Notes under the pieces: model-generated | Databases searched by the model: none | The model's input: only the letters and a program-made list of their open reading frames with translations | What the model was told of the DNA's origin: nothing | Assembly: GCA_902760845.1 (NCBI GenBank) | Contig: CACWHX010000007.1 | Span: forward strand, 10,050 to 74,049 | Length of the DNA stretch: 64,000 nt | Origin: Oscillospiraceae bacterium | Lineage (GTDB): Bacteria > Bacillota > Clostridia > Oscillospirales > Oscillospiraceae | Direction of reading: 5' to 3' | Part shown: positions 25,058 through 32,882 of the stretch, piece after piece | Layout: every line of letters begins with the position of its first letter | How positions within the stretch are numbered: the first letter of the stretch is position 1 | Translations under genes and position numbers: made by a program

Positions 25058-25375
25058 ATGGATTTTTCAAAGACGCTGGAAGACGCGAAGGCCGAGGTTG
25101 AAAGCCTGTTGGCCAAGACCGAGGTGGACGACAAGATCAAGGCAAAGGCCAATGAGATCAAGACAAAGGTTGACGAGGTCCTGAAGGACAAGAATATCGA
25201 CGAGACCGTCAAGGCAAAAGCGGAGGGCCTGAAAACAAAGGTCGATACGTTTCTCCAGAGCACGGAGATCGACGATAAGCTCAAGGCCAAAGCGGGCGAG
25301 CTGAAGGAAAAGGCCGGCGGCATGGCCGGCGAATGGAAGGACAAAGTCGGCGATATGCTGAAGAAAACCGAGTGA
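25058..25375 (+). CDS. Small hydrophilic repeat protein (LEA/stress-protein-like)
   Basis: 105 aa. Three ~24-aa repeats of E(V/I)DDK(I/L)KAKAxE(I/L)KxKVD. RBS GAAAGGAG. Confidence 0.6.
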   Translation: MDFSKTLEDAKAEVESLLAKTEVDDKIKAKANEIKTKVDEVLKDKNIDETVKAKAEGLKTKVDTFLQSTEIDDKLKAKAGELKEKAGGMAGEWKDKVGDMLKKTE

Positions 25376-25436
25376 TAGACCCATCCGCACCGCCGTTGAC
25401 AGCAAGTCGGCGGCGGTGCAGGTGATTTGGGAGGAA

Positions 25437-25868
25437 ATGCGCATGATATATGATTTGGACCGCTTTCTTCAGGCGCAGTCCGGAAGCTACGAAACCGCGC
25501 TGCGGGAGATCCGCAGCGGACGCAAACGCAGCCATTGGATGTGGTATATCTTTCCGCAGATTCAAGGCCTGGGCTTCAGCGCCACGGCGCAGTATTACGC
25601 CATTCGCGACCTGCAGGAGGCAAAGGAATACCTGCGGCACCCGACGCTGCGGGCGCGGCTGCTGGAGATTTCCGAGGCGCTGCTGACGCTGGACTCCCGC
25701 GACGCTGCCGCCGTATTCGGCTGGCCGGACGATATGAAGCTGCACTCCAGTATGACGTTGTTCGCCGAGGCGGAGCCGGCGTGCACGGTGTTTCAGGATG
25801 TGCTGCGGCAGTATTTCCACGGAAACAAAGATGAAAAAACGCTTCAGATTCTGCGGGATGCACAGTAA
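25437..25868 (+). CDS. DUF1810 family protein
   Basis: DLDRFLQAQ...YETALREIRSGRKRSHWMWYIFPQIQGLG matches the DUF1810 signature. Confidence 0.88.
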   Translation: MRMIYDLDRFLQAQSGSYETALREIRSGRKRSHWMWYIFPQIQGLGFSATAQYYAIRDLQEAKEYLRHPTLRARLLEISEALLTLDSRDAAAVFGWPDDMKLHSSMTLFAEAEPACTVFQDVLRQYFHGNKDEKTLQILRDAQ

Positions 25869-25902
25869 AAAAAGAGACGGCGCCTTGAATGAAAAATTAT
25901 AC

Positions 25903-25931
25903 TTGAAAACAGAGATGATATGTGGTATAGT
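25903..25931 (+). promoter_or_regulatory. Candidate promoter of secG
   Basis: TTGAAA-17 nt-TATAGT with TGTGG upstream of the -10 element. Confidence 0.45.
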
Positions 25932-25981
25932 ACCAATGTTCACGCAATAGAAGCTCCCTTGAAAGGAAAGGATTGAATAGA

Positions 25982-26224
25982 ATGTCTGCTTTGAGCATTG
26001 TTATCACGGTTCTTCAGCTTCTCTCCGGCCTCGCGCTCACCGTTATTGTGCTGATGCAGTCCGGCAAGAGCGCCGGCCTCTCCGGCGCCATTTCCGGCGG
26101 CGCGGAGACGTTTCTCTCCAAAGGCAGGGCCAAAACGCTGGACGCCAAGCTCGCCAAAATGACGAAGTGGTTTGGGCTCGGGTTCGTGCTGCTGACGCTG
26201 GTGTTGACCGTTGTGATCCACTAA
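25982..26224 (+). CDS. secG: Preprotein translocase subunit SecG
   Basis: 80 aa with two TM helices and the central motif MQSGKSAGLSGAISGG. Confidence 0.9.
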   Translation: MSALSIVITVLQLLSGLALTVIVLMQSGKSAGLSGAISGGAETFLSKGRAKTLDAKLAKMTKWFGLGFVLLTLVLTVVIH

Positions 26225-26242
26225 TCTGGAGCAAGATAATCA

Positions 26243-26275
26243 AAATCGCTTCCCAATGGGAAGCGATTTTTCAGT
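26243..26275 (+). terminator. Terminator after secG
   Basis: AAAATCGCTTCCC-AAT-GGGAAGCGATTTTT. A near-identical copy lies at 26477-26507. Confidence 0.7.
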
Positions 26276-26444
26276 TTATCAAAAAAAGCCTCGCAGAGTT
26301 CGCGCCCGGAGGCGCGAATTGAGTCAAATCATTTTTGCCGCGCGGCTTCGCCGTGGGGCAAAAATACTTCTCGCGGAATGGATTGCCCTCATATCGCGAA
26401 TCGCATTCGCGAACGAGGGCGAGGAATGGAGCGCAAGCTCCTTC

Positions 26445-26470
26445 CTGTCGAAAAGCACGATTTTCGACAG
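26445..26470. repeat. REP-like hairpin CTGTCGAAAA-n-TTTTCGACAG
   Basis: Read directly. A second family member lies at 51438-51463. Confidence 0.6.
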
Positions 26471-26476
26471 TCTGCA

Positions 26477-26507
26477 AAATCGCTTCCCAGCGGGAAGCGA
26501 TTTTTTT
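26477..26507 (-). terminator. Terminator after the UPF0340 gene (copy of the secG terminator hairpin)
   Basis: AAAATCGCTTCCC-AGC-GGGAAGCGATTTTTTT. The palindrome can act on either strand. Confidence 0.65.
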
Positions 26508-27054
26508 ATGATTCTTCCGGGTATTCCGCGCGGATACCGCCGATCAGCTTTGGGCGCGTGCGCGCGGCGTTTACCGGCGCTTCGCCGACCGATTTTACGG
26601 AAAGGCGCAGCGGGACTGCGACATGCTTCAGATGCATTCCAATCATGGTGTTCCCGATATCCAATCCCGCGTCTGCGTGGACAAACTCCACCGCGACGGG
26701 GTTCCGCATCGCTTCATATACGGCCGTGGCAAACGATCCCCCCGCTTTGGGGCGCGGTCGGACGCACACGATTTCATAGCCGAACTGCTCCGCCGTCTCG
26801 CGCTCCACAATCAGCGCGCGGTTCAAGTGCTCGCAGCACTGCGCGGCAAGCTGGAGACCCCGTTCCCGCAAAATGGGCAGAATGGCGTCCGCAACGGCCG
26901 CGGCTACCTCTGGCGCGGAGCCTTTTCCAATCTTCTTTCCGACGATTTCGCTGGAGGAGCAGCCGACAACAACGAGCTGGCCCGGCTTCAGCTTTGCTAC
27001 TTCCAGCAGCTCTGTTATGGCGGCTCCGGCCGCGGCGCGAATTTCTTCATACAT
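26506..27054 (-). CDS. TIGR01440 / UPF0340 family protein (YwlG-like)
   Basis: 182 aa. LVVVGCSSSEIVG, AAQCCEHLNRALIV and GNTMIGMH motifs. Confidence 0.88.
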   Translation of the reverse strand: MYEEIRAAAGAAITELLEVAKLKPGQLVVVGCSSSEIVGKKIGKGSAPEVAAAVADAILPILRERGLQLAAQCCEHLNRALIVERETAEQFGYEIVCVRPRPKAGGSFATAVYEAMRNPVAVEFVHADAGLDIGNTMIGMHLKHVAVPLRLSVKSVGEAPVNAARTRPKLIGGIRAEYPEES

Positions 27055-27112
27055 CCTTCGTCATCTCCAAAATTAAGATATCTGATATTTACTATATCAC
27101 GTCACGCTGTGT

Positions 27113-27141
27113 TTGACAATCACAATGAAAACGTGTATCAT
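27113..27141 (+). promoter_or_regulatory. Candidate promoter of the DUF3048 gene
   Basis: TTGACA-17 nt-TATCAT. Confidence 0.5.
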
Positions 27142-27171
27142 ACAGGATGCGGCTACAACGATTAGAAAGAG

Positions 27172-28242
27172 GTGCATTTTTTGAAACGTTATCTTGCAAT
27201 GATTCTGGCTGTGCTCATGTTGCTGCTGTGCGGTGCGTGCGGCACCAAAAATGAAAATACATCCGGGTCGGAGCCGGCGGCGGCAACCCCGGCGGCGGAG
27301 ACCGAGACGCCTGCGAGCGATCTTTATGCCCCGCTGACGGGTGAACCGCAGAGCGAGGACACCAGCGCGGCGCGCCCGTATGCCGTGATGATTAATAACA
27401 TCATCTACGCGCAGCCGCAGGTTGGTGTGAGCAAAGCCGATTGGATCTATGAAGTCCCGGCGGAGGGCGGCATCACCCGCATGATGGCCATCTTCAGCGA
27501 CCTTCCCGATGTGGAGTCTGTCGGCAGCATTCGCAGTCTCCGGCCCTATTATCTCAGCATTGCGCTCTCGTATGACGCCATCGTGATCCACGGCGGCGGC
27601 AGCGAACAGGCCTACAGCGACTTGACGACCTACCATGCCGATCATCTCGACGGCGTGCGTGACGACCGCGCGGTCTCCGGCATGTTCTATCGCGATCCCA
27701 GCCGCGGCGCGCACGGATCGGAGCATACGCTCTTCTTCTATGGCGAAAAGGTTGCCCCTCTGGCGGAGGAATACGGCTTCCGGCTGGAGCATCAGGCCGA
27801 CTACACGACCGGGCTGAGCTTCTCGGATGATGCGTCTGCCCAGGGCACGGGCGACGCGGACAGCGTCACCGTGACGTTCAACACGTCCAAGACGACAAAG
27901 TTCACTTACCATGCGGATACCGGGAAATACACCGCTGCGCAGTATGGCTCGGATTATATCGACGGCGCGACGGGCGAGGTTGTCGGTTTCAGCAATGTGC
28001 TGGTGCTCTCGGCGTCCATGCGCGCCGTGGATGACTACGGCAGGCTGGCAGTGGAGCTTACCGGCTCCGGCACCGGCTATCTTGCGACCGGCGGAACGTA
28101 TGTGCCGATAAAATGGTCGCGCAGCAGTGTCAACGACTGCTTCACTTACACCCTGGAGGATGGCACGCCGCTGGAGCTTGCGCGCGGCACAACATTTGCC
28201 GCAATCATCCCCACAGACGGCGGCAGTGTGGACTTCTCGTAA
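27172..28242 (+). CDS. DUF3048 domain lipoprotein (YerB-like)
   Basis: Lipobox LLLCGACG. Contains PYAVMINN...YEVPAEGGITRMMAIF. TTG 27181 is an alternative start. Confidence 0.85.
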   Translation: MHFLKRYLAMILAVLMLLLCGACGTKNENTSGSEPAAATPAAETETPASDLYAPLTGEPQSEDTSAARPYAVMINNIIYAQPQVGVSKADWIYEVPAEGGITRMMAIFSDLPDVESVGSIRSLRPYYLSIALSYDAIVIHGGGSEQAYSDLTTYHADHLDGVRDDRAVSGMFYRDPSRGAHGSEHTLFFYGEKVAPLAEEYGFRLEHQADYTTGLSFSDDASAQGTGDADSVTVTFNTSKTTKFTYHADTGKYTAAQYGSDYIDGATGEVVGFSNVLVLSASMRAVDDYGRLAVELTGSGTGYLATGGTYVPIKWSRSSVNDCFTYTLEDGTPLELARGTTFAAIIPTDGGSVDFS

Positions 28243-28258
28243 AAGCCACTTCAAAAAA

Positions 28259-28288
28259 ATGCAGGAACCAACCGGTTCCTGCATTTTT
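28259..28288. terminator. Bidirectional terminator between the DUF3048 and ArsC-like genes
   Basis: GCAGGAACC...GGTTCCTGC stem flanked by an A-run and a T-run. Confidence 0.65.
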
Positions 28289-28380
28289 ATTGGCCCCACG
28301 CCAGACGGCGGAGTTGAAAGATCCGCCTGATTTGTTAAGATCGTGTGCGCGTGATTCAATTGCCGCTGCGCCGGGTCTCG

Positions 28381-28713
28381 TTACTTCCAGCTTCCCCATA
28401 TCTCCGGACAATAGCCGACGGTAGCCTGCTTTCCGTTGCGCACGATGGGCGTGCGCAGCAGCTCCGGGGTCTCCAGAAGCTTTTCCAGTTTATCCGCGTC
28501 ATACGCCAAATGTGTGAACAGCGGATACTCATAATCCTTTGGATCGGCCAGTGCGTCCAGGCCGATCGCGTTTTTCACGCTGGTCAGTTCCCCGCGGCTC
28601 ATTCCGTAACGCAAGAGGTCGATATACTGGTATTTGATCCGGCGCTCTTTAAAATAACGTTCCGCTTTTTTGGTATCAAAGCACTTGGACTTGCCCCAAA
28701 TCTGGATATTCAT
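28381..28713 (-). CDS. ArsC/Spx/YffB family protein
   Basis: 110 aa. N-terminus MNIQIWGKSKCFDTKKAERYFKERRIKYQYIDL and PIVRNG motif. Confidence 0.75.
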   Translation of the reverse strand: MNIQIWGKSKCFDTKKAERYFKERRIKYQYIDLLRYGMSRGELTSVKNAIGLDALADPKDYEYPLFTHLAYDADKLEKLLETPELLRTPIVRNGKQATVGYCPEIWGSWK

Positions 28714-28727
28714 GCCCCACGCCCCAA

Positions 28728-30386
28728 TCAGACCTCAATAATGACCGGCAGCACCATCGGGCTGCGGCGGGTCGTCTTATAGAGATAGCCGGAGATGTTG
28801 GATTTGATACGCCCCTTGATGGCGGACCACTCGCGAATGCGATGGCGCTCGCAGCTTTCCAGGCTCTCATTTACAACGCGGCGCAGCTCCTCCATCAGGT
28901 CATCCGCTTCCTTCACATAGACAAAGCCGCGTGTGATGATTTCCGGCGGCGCAACCGGCTCGCCATCATCCGCCGAGAGCGTCACAATCGCCATCACGAC
29001 GCCGTCCTCCGCCAGGTGGCGGCGGTCACGCAGGACGGCCGAGCCAACGTCGCCGACGCCCGTACCGTCAATATACACTGCGCCGGCGGGGACAACGTCG
29101 GTCTTTTTCACGCTCTTCTTGGTAAATTCGACGACCGTCCCGTTTTCCGCGACGACAATGTTCTTCGGCTGAACGCCCATTTGCTTTGCGATCTCCGCGT
29201 GCTTGCACAGCATGCGATATTCGCCGTGCACCGGCATAAAATACTGCGGCTTTGTGAGCGCCAGCATCATCTTCAGCTCTTCCTGACAGGCGTGACCGGA
29301 GACATGCAGCGGCGTACCGCGGTCATAAATGACCTCTGCCCCCTTCTGGAACAGCCCGTCAATGACCTTGCTGATGGTCGTCTCATTGCCCGGAATGGCC
29401 GAAGCGGAAATGATGATCCGGTCCCCTGCGTTGATGGAGACCTGACGATGCTCCGAAAACGCCATGCGGTGCAGCGCGGACATGGTCTCACCCTGGCTGC
29501 CTGTGCAGATGATGACCGCCTTGTTTTTCGGCAGACTGTTGATGTGCGCCATGTCCACCATGATGTCCTTGGGCAGGTCCACATAGCCAAGCTCCGTCGC
29601 GACGCGCATGATATTTTCCATGCTGCGCCCGGTGATGCCGACCTTGCGCTTATATTTTGCCGCAACATCAATGATTTGCTGCATGCGGTGCACGTTGGAG
29701 GCAAAGGTCGTGACGATGATGCGCTTGTCGCAGTTTTTGAACAGTTCGTCAAAGCAATCGCCCACGCGGCTTTCCGACGCGGAATAGCCGGGACGCTCCA
29801 CATTTGTTGAATCGGATAAAAGCGCCAGCACGCCTTCGTTCCCCAGCTGGCCAAGTCGCGGCAGGTCGATGATGCCGCCCTGAATGGGCGTGATGTCGAT
29901 TTTGAAGTCGCCGGTTTGGATCACAGTGCCGATCGGCGTTTTGATCGCGAGCGCCACAGCGTCTGCGATGCTGTGATTTACGTGGATCAACTCGACTTCA
30001 AAGCAGCCAAGCCGGAAGCGGTCGCCGGGCTTTTTCGTAAAAATCTGCGTGTGGTAGAGCAGATCATGCTCCTCCAGCTTGAGTTCGATGATCGCCGCGG
30101 TCAGCGGCGCGGTATAGATCGGGATGTCGATCTCCTTGAGCACATACGGGATCGCGCCGATGTGGTCCTCATGCCCGTGGGTGATAATCATGCCGCGGAT
30201 ACGGTCGCGATTCGCCTTCAGATAGGAAATGTCGGGAATCACCATGTCCACGCCATAAAGATCCTGATCGGGAAAGCCCATACCGCAATCGACCAGAATG
30301 ATGTCTTTTCCATACTCGTAGACGGTCAGGTTTTTTCCAATTTCCCCAAGACCGCCGAGTGGAATGATTTTCAATTTTGATGCCAT
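28728..30386 (-). CDS. rnj: Ribonuclease J
   Basis: KIIPLGGLGEIGKN and metallo-beta-lactamase motif THGHEDHIG. 552 aa. Confidence 0.96.
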   Translation of the reverse strand: MASKLKIIPLGGLGEIGKNLTVYEYGKDIILVDCGMGFPDQDLYGVDMVIPDISYLKANRDRIRGMIITHGHEDHIGAIPYVLKEIDIPIYTAPLTAAIIELKLEEHDLLYHTQIFTKKPGDRFRLGCFEVELIHVNHSIADAVALAIKTPIGTVIQTGDFKIDITPIQGGIIDLPRLGQLGNEGVLALLSDSTNVERPGYSASESRVGDCFDELFKNCDKRIIVTTFASNVHRMQQIIDVAAKYKRKVGITGRSMENIMRVATELGYVDLPKDIMVDMAHINSLPKNKAVIICTGSQGETMSALHRMAFSEHRQVSINAGDRIIISASAIPGNETTISKVIDGLFQKGAEVIYDRGTPLHVSGHACQEELKMMLALTKPQYFMPVHGEYRMLCKHAEIAKQMGVQPKNIVVAENGTVVEFTKKSVKKTDVVPAGAVYIDGTGVGDVGSAVLRDRRHLAEDGVVMAIVTLSADDGEPVAPPEIITRGFVYVKEADDLMEELRRVVNESLESCERHRIREWSAIKGRIKSNISGYLYKTTRRSPMVLPVIIEV

Positions 30387-30496
30387 GAAATTCTCCTTTG
30401 CGCGTCTGCAAACCGTTTGCCGCAGACGCGATGTTTCAATTTTGTATGTAGTGTGCGCACAACATCAGTATGGCCACAATCGCCATACTGTAAACG

Positions 30497-31096
30497 TCAC
30501 ATTTCAATGCGGCCGGAAAGCGCGCGCAGAAGCGTCGCCTCGTCCGCAAACTCCAGATTCGCGCCGACCGGGATGCCATAGGCCAGGCGCGTAACTTTTA
30601 CTTCAAACGGTTTGAGCAGGCGCGACAGGTACATTGCCGTGGCCTCCCCCTCCGTGTCGGGGTTTGTCGCCATGATGACCTCCGATATGCCGCCGGCGGC
30701 CACGCGCGCCACCAGCTCCTGAATGCGGATATCGTCCGGGCCAATGTGACTCAGCGGGGAGAGCACGCCGTGCAGGACGTGATACACGCCGTTATATTCT
30801 CTGCTGCGCTCAAACGAAAGCACGTCGCGCGGCTCCGCCACAACGCAGATCGTGCTTTTGTCCCGTTTATCGGAGGAACAGATCGGACAAATCTCGCTGT
30901 CCGTCAGATTCTGGCAGACCGTGCAGCAGTGGATCGTTCGCTTGGCCTCCTCGATGGCGCCGGCGAAAGACAGCGCCTCCTCTTCCGGCAGCGCGAGCAC
31001 ATGGAATGCCAGCCGCTGCGCGCTCTTGCGGCCGATGCCCGGCAGCGCGGCAAACTTATCAATCAAAGTCTCTAGTGCATTTGGAAAGTTGGACAT
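30497..31096 (-). CDS. recR: Recombination protein RecR
   Basis: LPGIGRKSAQRLAFH, Zn finger CCTVCQNLTDSEICPICS, Toprim domain. ATG 31096 chosen (199 aa). Confidence 0.96.
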   Translation of the reverse strand: MSNFPNALETLIDKFAALPGIGRKSAQRLAFHVLALPEEEALSFAGAIEEAKRTIHCCTVCQNLTDSEICPICSSDKRDKSTICVVAEPRDVLSFERSREYNGVYHVLHGVLSPLSHIGPDDIRIQELVARVAAGGISEVIMATNPDTEGEATAMYLSRLLKPFEVKVTRLAYGIPVGANLEFADEATLLRALSGRIEM

Positions 31097-31107
31097 GGTT
31101 TCCCCTC

Positions 31108-31761
31108 TTACGCATTTCGTATAGCTTGAATCGCTGCGGCGCGGTCCCGTTCGCGAAACACCGCGCTGCCGGCAACGAGTACGTTTGCGCCCGCCTGCTT
31201 GACAAGCGGCGCGGTTTGGACGTCGATCCCGCCATCGACCTCCAACTCGCATGCGGGGTTGCGCGCGTCGATCATCGCGCGGAGCGTTTCGATTTTCGGA
31301 AGCATATCGGACAGAAAGCTCTGGCCGCCAAACCCGGGCTCCACCGTCATCACAAGCGCCAGGTCCAGCAGAGCCAAATAGGGCGAGAGCACCTCTGCCG
31401 GCGTTTTCGGCTTGATCGCCAGCCCGACCCTTTTCCCCTGCCGCTTTACGGTCTCAATCGCCGCAAAGAGATCCTGCGGCTCGTCCGCCTCCGCGTGAAA
31501 CACGACAAGATCCGCGCCGGCCTGGCAGAAACGCTCTACATAGCGATGCGGGCGGTCGATCATCAGGTGCACGTCAAGAGTGTGCGCCGTATGCTTGCGG
31601 ATCGAGCGCACCACAGGAATGCCGATTGAAATATTGGGCACGAAGATTCCGTCCATGACATCCACGTGGATATAATCGGCGCCTCCCGCCGTAATTTCCG
31701 CAATTTCGCTGCCGAGATTGCAAAAATCGGCCGAAAGAATCGACGGCGCGACCTTAATCAT
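31108..31761 (-). CDS. rpe: Ribulose-phosphate 3-epimerase
   Basis: APSILSADF, HVDVMDGIFVPN and MTVEPGFGGQ motifs. ATG 31761. Confidence 0.95.
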   Translation of the reverse strand: MIKVAPSILSADFCNLGSEIAEITAGGADYIHVDVMDGIFVPNISIGIPVVRSIRKHTAHTLDVHLMIDRPHRYVERFCQAGADLVVFHAEADEPQDLFAAIETVKRQGKRVGLAIKPKTPAEVLSPYLALLDLALVMTVEPGFGGQSFLSDMLPKIETLRAMIDARNPACELEVDGGIDVQTAPLVKQAGANVLVAGSAVFRERDRAAAIQAIRNA

Positions 31762-31881
31762 ACAGGTCTCCTCCACATTCCAAACTAATTTATTATACAC
31801 CCTTTTTGCGATACATGCAACCATTAAAATCGTATATTTGCCCTTTTTCGAAAAAGAGACTGTATTTATAGGTTTTATCTC

Positions 31882-31910
31882 TTGACGAGATCGTATTCAT
31901 AAGCTATGAT
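31882..31910 (+). promoter_or_regulatory. Candidate promoter of the YbaK/EbsC-like gene
   Basis: TTGACG-17 nt-TATGAT. Confidence 0.45.
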
Positions 31911-31970
31911 AAACTCTGCAAAAAACAGGCGGCAGCCGTCCGCGCTGCCGAGAGACAGGAGAACAAGCTT

Positions 31971-32450
31971 ATGTCTATTGAAGCCGGAAGAGCTTATTTT
32001 CGCGCGCTGGGTCTGGAGGACCGGGTGCAGGAATTTACCGTGTCGAGCGCCACGGTTGACTTAGCCGCGCAGGCGCTGGGCGTTGAGGGCGCGCGCATTG
32101 CCAAGACGCTGTCGTTTAAAACAGCTGACGGCTGCATGCTGATCCTCGCCGCGGGCGACGCACGTGTTGACAATCACAAGTTCAAGGATAAATTCCATAT
32201 GAAAGCCAAGATGCTGAGTGCGGATGAGGTGCTGGAGCTGGTTGGACATCCGGTTGGCGGCGTGTGTCCCTTCGGCTGCAAGGAAGGGATTCCCGTATAT
32301 CTGGATGAATCTTTGAAGCGGTTTGAGACCGTTTTCCCCGCCGTCGGCAGCCCGTCCAGCGCCATTGAACTGAATCTGGACGAATTGTTCCGCTATTCCA
32401 AGGCGCTGGAGTGGATCGACGTGTGCAAGCTTCCGACGCCGGAAGCGTGA
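31971..32450 (+). CDS. YbaK/EbsC-type aminoacyl-tRNA trans-editing domain protein
   Basis: 159 aa. KTLSFK and GHPVGGVCPFG motifs. Confidence 0.85.
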   Translation: MSIEAGRAYFRALGLEDRVQEFTVSSATVDLAAQALGVEGARIAKTLSFKTADGCMLILAAGDARVDNHKFKDKFHMKAKMLSADEVLELVGHPVGGVCPFGCKEGIPVYLDESLKRFETVFPAVGSPSSAIELNLDELFRYSKALEWIDVCKLPTPEA

Positions 32451-32510
32451 CCCCCCCTGCAAGGTTATGGCAAGGCAACTCCCCTGACGGTTTTGTCAGG
32501 GGAGCATTGT

Positions 32511-32882
32511 TTATCGCGATTCTTTCAAAATGGCTTCCGCGGCCTGCGCCGCAAATGAGATCATTACGTCGCAGTGGCCTTTTCCGCCATATTTCTGCGT
32601 CAGCTCCTGGCACCGGACGCAGCCGTGCTCAGCGCGAAATTTTCCGGTCAGCTGCATCGTTTTGGCGGATGCCGTGCGGGCATCGGCCATGCCGAGCGCC
32701 ATCACGCCGCCGCTGATCGCGCCGCAGATCTCGCCACAGCGCACGCCGCCGCCAAAACCGGCGGCAATCCTCTGCGCCGTATTTTCATCCAGCCCGGTGT
32801 ACGCGCTGAGCGCGCAAAGAACGCTCTGCGCGCAGTTGCAGCCATTGGCGTGATATGCGATTGCCTGTTCGTTTACTGTCAT
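32511..32882 (-). CDS. C_GCAxxG_C_C family redox-type protein
   Basis: GCNCAQSVLCAL ... CGEICGAISGG ... C..C signature. 123 aa. Confidence 0.88.
   Translation of the reverse strand: MTVNEQAIAYHANGCNCAQSVLCALSAYTGLDENTAQRIAAGFGGGVRCGEICGAISGGVMALGMADARTASAKTMQLTGKFRAEHGCVRCQELTQKYGGKGHCDVMISFAAQAAEAILKESR

Noticed and set aside
26256-27116. 286-aa plus-strand ORF
   Set aside because: It runs through the hairpin-mosaic spacer and then antisense to the UPF0340 gene. No RBS is present and the sequence is Arg/Ser/Pro-rich.
31097-31252. N-terminal extension of recR (52 codons)
   Set aside because: It overlaps the rpe 3' end and is Arg-rich. The conserved RecR N-terminus begins at MSNFPNALETL (ATG 31096).
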